A stretch of 64,000 nucleotides of DNA from the NCBI RefSeq assembly GCF_009914755.1, contig NC_060937.1; one strand, written 5' to 3'. Numbering within the stretch: the first letter of the stretch is position 1; each line of letters begins with the position of its first letter. Made by a program: the position numbers and the translations under genes. A model generated the notes under the pieces. That model ran no database searches. It saw only the letters and a list, made by a program, of their open reading frames with translations, and had not been told where the DNA came from. This document shows positions 14,591 to 30,578 of the stretch, in pieces. Source of the DNA: the human T2T-CHM13v2.0 reference genome, Homo sapiens.

Positions 14591-15729
14591 TTAGGTGTCT
14601 GGTACTTATGACTTGGACTGGGTTTTTACAAAGAACACGTCATTAGATATGGTGATGAAAGCAATTACATGATGAAAGGAACCCGTTTCTGAGTGATAAG
14701 TCTTCTTATGACCAAACATCTGTAAACACGGACATTCACTGTGGACTCTTATGTGGAGGAAAAAAACAAAACAAAAAACCCTTTCTAATCCTTGAGCCAC
14801 TGCCTTTTGGGGTCTCTTTATTATAGAAAATTTCAAACTAAGTTTTATCTCAGTTCTCATTAGCCCTGTCATTCAAGTGTCCTTTCACTCCTGTGCCTTA
14901 AGCAATTCTATGCATTCATATCTGTCCATTTCTCCATCCTAGAAGGAACTCATCTGTGAAAGTAATTCTCACTGTGGTGTTAATGACCAAATTCCAGTGG
15001 CTAACATATGTTGTGTTAACCCCTCTCAGGATCATTTGATTACAAAATAGATCTCAGAAAGTAAAGTAAGAAGGACTCTGTAATGGCAAAATTGCAAGTA
15101 TCAGCAACAACACATCCATGGGAGAGATATGTTGGGTCTGAAACTTTATTGTCATTTCTGGATACACTCATAGACAACACCTCTACTTATAGGGGCAGCA
15201 TCCACATTCAGGATCCAATTGCAAAATCTATTGAGGAGGAGAAAAGAAATTTAAAAAGAAATGCATTTCTATGCTTTCCCTTTGCAAATGCCCAGAGATT
15301 GAATACTGAGTCAAGATGTTCTCACTAACTACCCCTTTCTTTGCAGGCATCTACCCACAGTGAGCATAACTTTCACCATCTTCATTACCACACCAGCTCA
15401 GGCAAAGTGAGGAGAACCCTTCTCTCCTCAATGTGAGGCCTAGGCAAGGTGGAGGGGCCCACACAGCAGGGTTGCTGGGTCCTCTGCACTGACCCACATG
15501 CCTCATTGCTAAGTCTGAGTCTGGTGATACCTGCCAGACCTTATGGAGGAGCTCTTGTACAGGGATGTTACCATCTCTTCCTGCAACCTGACTTCTACTG
15601 CCCATCTTTCATTCTCATTCCCCAGTCCTGATCCTCAGACCCACTCAAACTGGTTATTGTGAATACAGGTCAAGTTTTATTTTTCCCCACGAGATTGCTC
15701 ATTCCAATGCAAGTCTTACATGGCTTATG

Positions 15730-17615
<1,886 letters not shown>

Positions 17616-19852
17616 CGCAGTTTTTGGCTCATTGCTTTCTTAGTTAGCTGTAACCGTTTGGACAACCGTAGGTATGTATAATAAGGACGGTCATTTTCAA
17701 TGGTTAGAATTAAACTCCTAATTTTTCTGAGACCACTCAGCTTCTCTTGGAATGGTGAAAGCACACTGGGCAGGACCTCTTAATGGGGCTCTCCTTAAGG
17801 AATCAAGAAGGAGGGCAATATTTGGTGATAAAATAATTATATATCCTTTAACATTCACCAGAAAAACATCCAAATAATTGACATTTTCCTGTATTCAACA
17901 AGGATTTTGGATGTTTCCTAATGTTGTAGATACTACACTAGCCAGAACTCATTTTAAGAAAACTTACTTTTAGTATGCTCTTGCTTTTTTTTTTTTTTTG
18001 ACCCTAACTGATTATAAGTTAAAATATTAACCATCAAGGTGTTTAATTAGAGGCATGTTTTCCTAGTCTTATAGTCTCTGTAAGAAATATAATTACATAA
18101 AGACATAGCAAAATGTAGCCGTTCGTACATCAAATGTCATGGTACTCACAGAAGCAGCCTGCTGACAAGCATGATAAGCTATTTTTAGTACATCACCTTT
18201 TTAGAACATTTGTGGTTGTTAATTATGACCATTTGGGGCTCACAGATGGTATATGAAATTGTAGTGTTCTGTTTTAGATAATGAGGGTGATGGTATAATA
18301 AATAAATCATTGTGAAATCAAAGGACATAGTCGGTGCATAGCATGGTGTATTGGTTATTTATGACACACAGTACCTTGGTTACTAATAATGCTTCATACT
18401 TGGTTTCTAGCCACTGTTCCATCTGCCACTCTGGTCTCCATTTTATATGCCTTCCATTATGTTGCCTCTTTACTTAGTCATTGGTGTCTCCTTTTTAGCC
18501 TGCCCCATCAAGCCTGAGTTCCTCCGCCTGGATCCCAAGGCTCCATAATGGCACACAACTGGCCAGTTGAAATTATTTCCCACAGCTCGCAACAGACAAT
18601 CTCTCCTCCAGTTAGTGCGTTCTTCACCCTGGCTCCCCATGCCCTCTGCTCATTGCCAGTCAGGCTTTTGCTGCTGATCTCACCACATACAATGCCAATC
18701 CTCCTCTCTTCTGACTGCTAAAATCTACCGGTCCTTCAAAATACAGTTTAGATGCCAGGATTGTCACAAAGCCTGTGCTAACATCACCAATTGTTATCAT
18801 TTTCCTCCTGAATGCCAAGTGTATACACAATAAATGCCACATCGTTTTACATTAATTGTTCCCTGATTGCGTGCCCATTTAGGTCTTAGCTAAGATGGCA
18901 AGGTTGCAAGCAACAGAAAGGCTGACATGCTTTTCTGTGGCTTTCCACAGCATACACATAGAGATGCAGGTAAGAGGAGGAAGAGTGGGTAGTGAGTGTC
19001 TGATTAACACAGAGATAATTTTCAGAAAAATATTCAGAAGATAAAACTTGCTGGTTCATTTTCTTTAAAAAAAAAAGGAAGCTGAATCTAGCAGCTGTTA
19101 TAGAATGTTGACTCTGATCATGTGACAATCTCTCAAAAATTGCCATTCTGTAAGCTGTCAAGGACTCTTCAAGCTGCATGTCACAGGAACCTGAAGTTTT
19201 AGGGCTCAAACCATCAATTTTATAGTTGGAGCTTTGCTGTATGAGCAAGACTATGCAACCAAAGGAGGGGGTCTATTTTTTATGAACCATTAGCCATTTG
19301 TTGAAATATTCAGTGGCCCATTGATGTCAATTCAAATGTTTTTGGCATAGTGTTTCAGTTGTTATTCATTTAACGTTTAGTATTCCTACTACTGAGATGA
19401 ATAAAAACCTCACGAAAATGATACGTACATGCATATTGTGAAATATAAAAGTTACTTGAAAGCAAATTATTAGATGATTTGATCAGTGATAAAATGATCT
19501 ACATTTGGAACAACTAAATTTAGAAAGCAAAAGTTTGCCATGAATTAATATAAACAAAAAGACAGAAAGAAAGAAAAGATAGATAAAGAATCCAAGCTGA
19601 AGGGGATTCAGGAAATTCCATCAGTAAGATGAGAAGTAACTTACAAATTAAATAAAGCATCCACTTCTCACACTGCATCTTGAGAGGTTATCTATCTCAA
19701 AGGCCCTAATTGTATCGGTGTAAAAAAGACATGGAGCCCCAAGTCTTTCCTTGCATGTGTGTATATTCTTAATGTAATAAATTCAATTATTACTTTTGTG
19801 ACAGCCTCTTAGTTTGAACCTGTAATAAAAATCTATACAAAATACTATAATG

Positions 19853-20156
19853 GGCCAGTTGTGGTAGGTCATGCCTGTAATCTCAGCATTTTGGAAGGCT
19901 GACGTGGGCAGATTGCTTGAGCCCAGGAGTTCGAGACCAGGCTGGGCAACATGGCAAAAACCTGTCTATACAAAAAATGCAAAAAATTCACCAGGCATGG
20001 TGGCATGCACCTGTAGTCCCAGCTACCGAGGAGGCTGAGGTAAGAGGATCACCTAAGCCTGGGAGGTTAAGGCTGCAGTGAGCTGTGATTGTTTCACTGC
20101 TCTCCAGCCTAAGCAACAGAGTCAGACCCTGTCTCAAAAAAACAATAAATAAATAC
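19853..20156 (+). mobile_element. AluJ, full length
   Basis: ttgcttgagcccaggagttcgagacc, aggctgcagtgagctgtgatt (J diagnostics). Confidence 0.93.
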
Positions 20157-20461
20157 GGCTGGGTGTGGTGGCTCACACCTGTAATCCCAGCACTTTGGGA
20201 GGCCAAGGCGGGTGGATCACAAGGTCAGGAGTTTGAGACCAGCCTGGCCAAGATGGTGAAGCCCTGTCTCTACTAAAAACACAAAAATTAGCTGGGCACA
20301 GTGGCAGGCACCTGTAACCTCAGCTACTCAGGAGGCTGAGGCAGGAGAGTTACTTGAACCCGGGAGGTGGAGGTTGCAGTGAGCCAAGATCGCACCATTG
20401 TACTATAGCCTGGGTGACAGAGCAAGACTCCATCTAAAAAAAAAAAAAAAAAAAAAAAAAA
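20157..20461 (+). mobile_element. AluS, directly after the AluJ tail; pure poly-A of about 26 nt
   Basis: Complete dimeric Alu abutting the preceding element. Confidence 0.96.
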
Positions 20462-20885
20462 TGTGATGAAGAAAATGAGGCCTAACTGGACAGTTTAAAT
20501 TTGATAGCTGGGTGGCAAGGAAAATCAACATAATTTCCAGTCTCATGATCCTATTGCCCTTATGATTTGTACAACTAAAGTAAGACCAGTGCTACTAGAG
20601 ACCTGACTTTCCAGAAAAGCTGTTGATAAGAGAAGGTTAGACAGCTAAAGGCACATCCTTCTCCGTTATGTACTCTTTCCCTTCTCTGGTTTTCTACTTT
20701 AACATGTGTTGCTTCTGCTTTTCCAAATAGCGTAGGCATCTCAGAATAGAAACTATTTTATATTTCTACTTATGTGTTCTACAACATCAGTACAGTGCTG
20801 AGAAAACTGGAAGTATAAAATGCATACTTGGTTGATTGTTTTCTTGAGAGAAATTAATAAATTGTGTCTATAAGAAAATGCAAAG

Positions 20886-23138
20886 TTTTTTGTGGCTATT
20901 GTCAATGGGATTACATTCTTGATTTAGTTCTCAGCTTGAACGTTTTTGGTGTACAGATATGCTACTGATTTTTGCACATTGACTTTTGTATCCTGAAACT
21001 TTACTGAAGTTATCAATTCAAGGAGACTTTTTTTGCAGTCTTTAGGGTTTCCTAGGTATAGAATAGTATCATCCTCAAAGAAACATAATTTAACTTATTT
21101 TCTTATTTGGGTGCCTTTTATTTCTTTCCCTTGTCCAGTTGCTCTGCCTAGAACTTCCAGTACCTATGTGGAATAGGAGTGGTGAGAGTGGCCATCCTTG
21201 CTGTGTTCCCATTTTTCAGAGGAATGTTTCTAGCATTTGCTAATTCAGTATGATGTTAGCTGTAGGTTTGTCATAGATGGCTCTTATTATTTTGAGGTAT
21301 TTTCCTTTGATGCCTAGTTTGTTAGATTTTATTGAAAGCTTTTTCTGCATCTATTGAAATGATCATGTGCTTTTTGCATTATACATCTAACCCAGGAGGT
21401 GAAAGATCTCTATAAGGAGAATTACAAAATATTGCTGAAAGAAATCATAGATGACAACAAAATGGAAAAATATTTTATGCTTATGAATTGGAAGAATCAA
21501 TATCATTAAAATGGTTATACTGCCAAAATCAATTTACAAATTCAATGCTATTCCTATCAAACTACCAATGTCATTTTTCACAGAATTAGAAAAAAAACTA
21601 ATCTAAAATTTATACAAAGCCAAAAAAGAACCTGAATAACAAAAGTAATCCTAAGCAAAAAGAACAAAGCTGGGGGCATCACATAACCCAACTCCAAACT
21701 ATACTATAAGGCTACTATAACAAAAAAAACGCATAGTACTGTGTACATAAGAAAAGACACATAGACCAATGCAACAGAATAGAGAGCCCAGAAATAAAGC
21801 CACATGCCTAAAGCCATCTGACCTTTGACAAAGTTAACAAAAATAAGCAATGTGGACAGGACTTCCTATTCAATAAATGGTGATGTGATAGCTAGCTAGC
21901 CATATGCAGAAGAAATAAACTGGATCCCTACCTTTCACCAATTCACAAATTGACTCCAAATGGATTAAGCGTGTACATATAAGACCTCAAACTATAAGAA
22001 CTCTAGAAGAAAACCTAGTAAACACCATTCTGGACATGAGCCTTGGGAAAGAATTTATGGCCAAGTCCTCAAAAGCAACTGCAACAAAAACAAAACTTGA
22101 CAAGTGGGACCTAAGTAAACTAAAGAGCTTCTGCACCATAAAAGAAACTATCAACAGAATAAACAGGCAACCTACAGAATGGGAGAAAATATTTGTAAAC
22201 TATGCATTTGTCAAAGGTCTAATATCCAGAATCTATAAGGAACTTAGGCAAATCAATAAGCAAAAAACAAACAACTCTATTCAAAAACGGGCAAAGGACA
22301 TGAACAGATGTTTCTCAAAAAAAGACATACACACAGCCAACAAACAAATGAAAAGATGCTAAACATCACCAATCATCAGAGAAATACAAATTAAAACCAC
22401 AATGAAATACCATCTCACGTCAGTCAGAATGACCATTATTATTATTATTAAAAAGTAAAAAAAAAAACAGATGCTGGCAAAGCTGCAGAGAAAAGAGAAT
22501 GCTTATACATTGTTGGTGAGAATGTAAATTAGTTCAGCCACTATGGAAGGCAGTTTGGAGATTTCTCAAAGAGCTTAAAACAAAACTACCATTCAACCCA
22601 TCAGTTCCATTAATGGGTATATATATCTGAAGGAAAATAAATCATTCTACCAAAAAGACACATGCACTTGTATGTTCATTGCAGTACTATTCACACTAGC
22701 AAAGACATAGAATCAACCTTTGTGTGTCTATTCACTCTGGATTAGTTTTTAAACATGTGGTACATGTACACCATGAAATAATAAGACAGTCATTTGAAAT
22801 GAAATTATGTCCTTTGCAGCAACTGGAGGCCATTATCCTAAGTGAATTAACACAGGAGCAGGAAACCAAATACCATGTATTCTCACTTATAAATGAGAGC
22901 TAAACACTGGGTAAACATGGACATAAACTTGGGAACAACAGACACCGGGGACTACCAGAGGTAGGAGGAAGGGAGGGCAGCAGGGGTAGAAAAACTGTCT
23001 ATTAGATACTGTGCTCACTATCTGGGCGATGGGATAATTTGTCCCCCAAACCTCAGCATCACCAACATACCCATGTAACAAACCTGAATGTATATCTCTG
23101 AATCTAAAACAAAAGCTAAAATTATGTATTTTAAAAAA
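20886..23138 (+). mobile_element. 5'-truncated L1PA16-like LINE with 5' inversion (about 20886-21379 minus, 21380-23138 plus)
   Basis: ORF2 C-terminal peptide (22036-22362, [20 protein letters not shown]); L1PA16-type 3' UTR; the minus segment is the ORF2 part immediately upstream of the plus segment. Confidence 0.9.
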
Positions 23139-24260
23139 GATGATGAAGAGAGAATAATATACTATTGAAAATCTAATTACTAATTGCATTTTCCATTTAG
23201 AATTCACCAGAAAAAAACAATTTATTTGAGAACTTTGGAGATTCTCCAACTTCAGATAATGATAGATATACATGAGATTCTAATGTAGGTAGGATTTATT
23301 TTATTTTTTTAATCTCCTGCTCCTTCTTTTTTGTCGTGTTAATTCTCTCATTAACTATTCATACACATTTTGGTTGACTCTTTTCAACATTTATACATTT
23401 ATTCAGTCTTCAAGGGACATTTGGTAAGCACCTTAGTCCTAGGAGTCTAAGTATGGCACTGAAGATACAAACCAATAAGGCGCAGGGTTTGTAAGCATAT
23501 GAAATAGCACATGAGAGAGTTTTCACGCAGTTGAATGAAGACAGAACTGCTGTAACAGGAGACTGATGACGTATTTAATGAGAAGTCAGACCATTTCCCA
23601 TTGTTTCTTGTTTGAACATTGTATTCTTCTTCTGTATCACTCCAGTCATTCTTCAGAAGACAAAGGATTCTATAAATGGAATAACAGGTGTGTGAGTGCT
23701 ATGTATAATTATGTCCTAATAGAGGTTTCCTTTTCTATAAGATTTGTGATGATTGAGTGCTTGGTATGTGGTTTGTTTTCTAATTACAATCAATCATTTC
23801 CTCCTTGAAGTCATTCTGGTAACACATCACTGCCACTATTTTTAGATCTATGACAAATCATATATTCTGTACTAATTCAGAAATGTGATTCATTGAATAG
23901 CTCTCATCAAATACTGCTTTAAAGAAGACACAAATAGTCATGTGAACCCAAGGGTTGGCTCCTCTTCAAGCAGAAAGGAAATTAAGCCCATTATACCAGT
24001 TAATCCATCAAGGAATGCTATGGGAAAGGCTAATCTTACGCCTCTGTAAATAAGTCATTTGCTGTTGTTGAGAAGGGACCCATATCCCCAAAATGTCTCC
24101 AAACACAGTCATTTAACTAAAATTTCTTTTAACAAAGGATGGCCTTATTTCTTATCCTTGATAAAATACCAACAGCTCTGGGAAAGGTAATACACAGATC
24201 TAAATTCACACTAAAATAAAAGTAACTACATAGACTGCTAAGAAATGTTTTTCTTTCATA

Positions 24261-25576
24261 TAAGAGGACTTCAAAAAGTTTATGGAAAAAGAGAATTAAA
24301 AGATAAAAATAAACAATATAAACTTTATTTCTCAACATAAGTGCCATCAAGGTCGAGACACTTTGTAAATGATGATACCAGCCTTTTGTCCATCACTAAA
24401 GAACTGAAGGTCCTGGGAATTTAACCATATAAATGCATTCTTTTTTTACATTATTAACTGGGGGAAAAGTTGATGCCCTTTAAGGTTTTTTTAAGATTAC
24501 AAAACCAAAAGAAGTCAGAAGGACCAAGTAAGGACTATAAGGTGGAGGAACAATACTTTCCCATTGAAATTCTCACCAAATTGTCCTTATTTTATGAGAG
24601 ACATGAGCAGGAACATTGCCATGGAGGAAAAGGACTCTATGGTAAAGCTTTTCTAGGCATTTTGTTTGTTTGTTTGTTTGTTTTCTAAAGCTTTGGCTAA
24701 CTTTCTCAAAACATTCTCATAATAAGCAGATGCTATTATTCTTTGGTCATCTAGGAGGTCAACACACAAAATGCCTTGAGCATCCCAAAGCACTGTTGCC
24801 ATGACCTTTGCCTTCAGTGTCCACTTGTGATTTGACTGGACCACATTCACCTCTTAGTAGCCATTGCTCTGATTGTGCTTTGTCTTCAGGATAGTACTGG
24901 TAAAGCCATGTTCCATCTCCTGTTACATTTCATCAAAGAAATGCTTCAGGATCTTGATACCACTTGTTTAAAATTTCCACTAAAAGCTCTGCTGTTGTCT
25001 GCAGCTGATCTGAGCACAACAGTTTTGGTACCCATCAAGTGGAAAATTTGCTTCATTTTAATTTTTAAGTCAGAACTGTGTAAGCTGAACCAACTGAGAT
25101 ATCTATGGTGTAGGCTAATGTTTCTGTTATTAATCATCAGTCCTCTTAAATTAGAGCACGAACAAGATGAATCATTTTCTCAAAAATTGATGTGGAGGAA
25201 ACAATCAGGTCTGCCACTATGGGCTTTATCTTCAACATCATCTCATCCCTCCTTAAAATGAGTTACCCGTTTGTAAAGTGATTATTCTTTGGGGCACTGG
25301 CTCTGTAAACTTTTCATGAAGTATTTATGATTTCACCATTCTTCCACCCAAGCTTCACCATACATTTGATCTTTGTCTTTGCTTCAATTTTAGCAGAACT
25401 CATTTTGTTCTAATTGGGGCTCTTTTCAAGTTGAAGTTTTATCCTTCTCAGTGGCTCCAAGTATATCCTGTTACAACAAGTTAGTATAAACTTATTTTGG
25501 TGCAAAAAAAATTTGAAATTCATGCACAGTTTTTTCATAATATTCATTTTCCATGAACTTTTTAAAGAGCACCTCA
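24261..25576 (-). mobile_element. HSMAR2 mariner DNA transposon, full length
   Basis: Both TIRs (taagaggacttcaaaaagtttatggaaaa / ttttccatgaactttttaaagagcacctca), each flanked by TA; about 1.3 kb. Confidence 0.95.
24325..25403 (-). pseudogene. Decayed Hsmar2 transposase (frameshifts, stops, GTTT expansion)
   Basis: Starts MSSAKIEAKTKIKCMVKLGWKNGEI; contains KAKVMATVLWDAQGIL...SAYYENVLRKLAKAL; ends ..YVEK-stop. Confidence 0.9.
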
Positions 25577-28129
25577 TACAGCTGACTGTAACCTGCAAGA
25601 ATTAATTATGAAAGAAGGGAAGGGGAATTTGCACTTGGGAGGTACTAAGGACAAAATTCTTATTTGCAATTTTGGCAAGGATTGATGCTGACTTGGGGGT
25701 TGATCGAATTTTTGCCCAAAGTTTGAGATCTTAAACCCCATCCTTCTACTGTCAATTACTTGAGTTTCAGTGAGAAAGGATTGCAATTTACAAACTAAGC
25801 ATATTATCAAATCTTTATAGACACTGTAGTTTGATATATGTATATTTAAACTAAATGTTCAGTAAAGTTTCCAAAGTTATATCCATGATGCAAACTCAAT
25901 TGTTCCCAACTCAATTATCCTTTTGATAAGCTCAGAAAGAAGAAATCAAGCCTCCTCCAATGGTCTTGGTTACCACTAACACAAACCAAACCCTCCAAGC
26001 TGTGGAAGCACTAAAATATTTATTGAATGAATGAGTAAGTGAAAGAACAAAGAAATAAAAGAATATACAGAGTGGAAGCAACTTGGTAAGCAAACAATCT
26101 GATGATAGTAAAATTATTCTCCATGGGTGACTGGTTCCACAGCTGCAGGCTTTACCCAGAGACAAAGGTTCTTCCAGAGCCCTTCACATTATAAGACATA
26201 CTGTGACATCAGGCACAGGAGAGGGGATGACAATTGCATTACAAAATGCCACTTCCCAGTCTACTTCCACTAATGGCATGAGTGCACCCATAGAATGGCT
26301 GTCCTGCTGTTTCTCAGCCTTCATGTTCATCATATTTAGAAGATCTGAGACTGAAGAAGAATGATTATGTGATGATGTAAGACATTATCTGAAAAGCACT
26401 TGTGTTTTACTGTGCTCGCTTTTACTGGCTTGTGGAAAGTGATGGGACTGTGTTATGTGGTACTCGATGGTAAAACCTCTCATTTCCCAAAATATACATG
26501 TGTGAATTTCAATCAGAGAAGTTCCAGCTGCAAGAGTGGAAACCACTCCATATGATTTACTCTTGGATTTATCATGCAAAGAATCAGAGGTTACACTCTA
26601 TATAATACAAAGCAGTTTTGTCAGCTAAAGTTTGTTCTACACAGGCAGAGTGAAGAGGAAATTTGATAGAATCATGGCCAGAATATTCAAGCAAAACAAT
26701 TACTCTTGTCTGACTTATTGAGGATAAGGGATTTCTCTGCTTAAATAATGTTTTTATAAGAGCTATTTAAATAGCCCTGTCAGTATATCCAAGTAAGACT
26801 TTATTTTAAAATAGAGATCACAGGTTTAAGGGAAGGTTAATTTTGAAATTACTAAGAAAATACATAGTTAATTTAAAACAACGAAATAAAATGTTGAAAT
26901 GTGCTTATAAGGCATAAAAAAACACTAACTGAAGATACAGAGTTTTGGTGCCAAGCAACATAGAATTCTTTTTGGTTCTAATTTACCTGAAATATCTTCT
27001 TGCTATCACTTAAAAGATTTTTGTATAGTCAAAATCAATCTCTCACACTCCCTTGGAACATTTTGTTGATTTTTGACATCCCACATATGCAAAATCATTT
27101 ACTCAAAGTGACTAGAGAAGTGGAAAAATTAGAGTTTCATGGTTTACGAATTGGAATTTATACAGATTTTACAGCTTTGCTTTTAAAGAAAGGAAAATGT
27201 TTTCTGCAGTTAAGAAATCACTCCAACAGATGGGTCTATCTCCTCTATTTTTATTTCTAGTTGGCTTATGGGTGAATTACCCTGGCCATAGTTATAAATT
27301 TGAAATTATAGGAACTGCTGAGGGGTGATTTTTTTTTTCTGGCTGTAAAATACAATAAGGACACAGCTGCAGCATCTAGAAAGTAAGGGAAGCTAAAACC
27401 ATAAAAATAATACTGTTTCCTCATCCTTGTTTTGGATACAAGCTCTAAAACAAGAGTCAGTTTATCTGGTTTCCTATGATTTATAATGATTAATCTAAGG
27501 CCACATTCCCAGGAGAGTAATTAGCCAGTCAGTTACTTAGTGTGAATCCAGCATTGCTGATTAAGTATAAGTTTACAATTAGAAGTGGCCAAACATTCAA
27601 TAAAACATAGTACAGGGTATCTTTTTTTTATTGGTTGGGGGGAGTGGAAGAAGCCAGAAATATGAGAAATAACCAGTCTAACTCCACTGAAAAAAGATCT
27701 TGCTTGGGACAATCGTGAATCACATATTGACTATAAGTCAGCAGTGAAATTCTATCTGCTTCTCTTTCTGTATATGTGTTTGTTAGGTTACCTTTTTGCA
27801 TGTGTTCTGCCTGCTACATGCTCCACCTGTAACTACGTACTTTGTATATTATCTTTAGCAAGTTTTTAGTTGTGAGCTGACTACTCTCTGAAGTGCAATT
27901 GCCTCCAATATATTGGTGTCAGGAACAGGGCTCTCACCAGCCAGTTTCAAAAAATATTAATCCCATGCTAAAATCCTTTAAAAACTAACTCCCCAGAAGC
28001 CACAGGGTCAAACTGGAGTTTTTTGGCATTATATTCAAGGCTCTTTTTCTTGGCCTAAATTTTTCTTGCCCTTCCATGTTGATCTTTGTCCCCTTTTTAT
28101 GCTTTATGTTTCAGAAATACTGAGAGACA

Positions 28130-28360
28130 TGGTAATAGTAGAAATAGTTGTAGTGACCATTTATTGAGCATCAATTACATGAGGAGATAAAATACTAAAT
28201 ATTTTATCTCATTTAAATGTGTCATAAATATTCTCATAAAAATACCAGAAGACAGATATTATTATTCCCATTTTACAGCTAGAGAAAGTAAGGCTCCCAA
28301 ACAGCAGGTAACTTGCTCAAGAATACATAGTTAATAAGTAGCAGAGGTAAGATTCTTCTC
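28130..28360. mobile_element. MIR SINE
   Basis: catttattgagca...ttattcccattttacagctagagaaagtaaggctc...taacttgctcaag. Confidence 0.75.
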
Positions 28361-28580
28361 TTACCTCTTTGTTATACATGAAATATGCCACACTATTCCA
28401 TTGCTCTAGGCCTTGTCACATTTTCTTGCATCTTAACTATAACACCTTTTACTACCTTGTTCACTTTGTTCACTTTAGAAACTCTACTGATTTTTTTAGG
28501 ACTTTCTCTATGTCTTCTCTGACCTGCCTCCCTGGGAAAGGTGATCAGACTTCTTCCAGTCTTCTGTGGCTCTATCCCGG

Positions 28581-28583
<3 letters not shown>

Positions 28584-28621
<38 letters not shown>

Positions 28622-28630
28622 ACACACACC
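28584..28630. repeat. (AC)n microsatellite with one interruption
   Basis: Direct read. Confidence 0.98.
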
Positions 28631-30253
28631 CATAATTCTACTCATCATAGTGCCTTATAATAGTATTTATAAATGTAAATAGATCTCCTTACTAAGTTGT
28701 GATAACTCTACACTAATCTTGCAACAACAAAAAGCACTCAAAAAATGTTCACCTAATGAACTGATAAATTAACTTATTTAAGAGCAGTAGAGGCATAGCC
28801 TTGATAATGAGTCATAGGCCATCAAAAGAGAGTTTCCTCAACACATATGAGTATTAAAGCAGACTTGGAGACACACTCATGTGTGATTTCTCTTATCTCC
28901 TGTCTTCTTTCTTAGCCAGTTCCTATCAAATTGAATCACAATTTTTTTATCAGCCCTTACTCCTTACTGTGATCTTATTCTTTTATTTAAAATTCCTTTC
29001 TGACATTAGATACCTGAAAAAGATTCAACTGTTAGCTCTGCCCTCATTTTCCCAGTACGAGACTCAGGTGATCTCTCTGCTTTTATTCCAAGAATCTAAC
29101 TTTAGTTTCTATCAGTGAACAAATGTTGGTTGTTTACCTAATATGTGCTAGAGATTGCTCCGATTTAAAAAAAAAAAAAAGAAGGATAAGGTATTTGGGT
29201 TTTATGTAGCATACATTACAGTAGTATAAGCAGGAAAACATGTAAACAAACAAAAAAAGATAATTTTAGGTACAATTTCCTATTCCTATGCAATAGCATA
29301 TACCCTTCTCCAGCATGAGCTATGGCTGTGCTTAGGAAATACAAAGCAATTTAAATGTTAGCTTAATCTACACAGCGATATCTACACTGATGTTTAATTT
29401 TACACCATTATTGGTTTTCTATGGGAAAAAAAGACAAGGAACCAACAAATGGGGCAAATAGAAAACAAATAGTAAGATGACTCTAAAACAAATAGTAAGA
29501 TTTAAACCTAACCATATCAATAATCATATTACATGTAAGAAGTATAAGCTCCCCCAAGTAAAAGGCAGAGATTATCAGATTGGATAAAAAGCAAGAACCA
29601 GCTCTATGCTGCCTACCAGAAATGTACTTTAAATATTAAGAAACAAATAGGTTTACAGTAAAATAGTAAAAAATAAAAATCATGCTAATTATAATCAAAA
29701 GAAAGGTGGAGTTACTATATTAAGATTAGTCAAAGTATATTTCAGAGAAAAGAGTTTTAGCAGAGATAAAGAAGGTCATTTTATAACAATAAAGCAGTCA
29801 TTGCAATCAGAGGATACAATAATCCTAAACATTTATGTATCTAATAACAGAAATTCAAAATATATGTAGAAAAACTTATAGAAGTACAAGGAGAAATAGA
29901 CATATTCATAAGTATAGTCAGAGATTTCAATAACCCTCCATCAATAATTGATTAAACAAGGAAACAGACAATTATATTATCAACCTACTGACCTAATTGA
30001 CATATTTAGAATACACCATCCAAAAGCAATAAAATACATATCCTTTTCAGGTACACATGAAAATGTTACCAAGATAGATCATATGCAGGGCATTAAAATA
30101 AGTAGTAAATTCAAAAGAAACTAAGCCATGCAAAATAGTAACATGCTCCCTGGCTAAAATGAGATAAAATTAATGATCAATAACATAAATATCTCCAGAG
30201 TATTTCAATTGTTTGGAAACCAAATAACATACTTATAAATAACCAATCAGTCA

Positions 30254-30578
<325 letters not shown>

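Noticed and set aside
26412-26421. GTGCTCGCTT matches the 5' end of U6 snRNA
   Set aside because: Match stops after 10 nt; chance
29462-29501. 17-bp direct repeat aaaacaaatagtaagat
   Set aside because: Ordinary slippage duplication in a decayed L1
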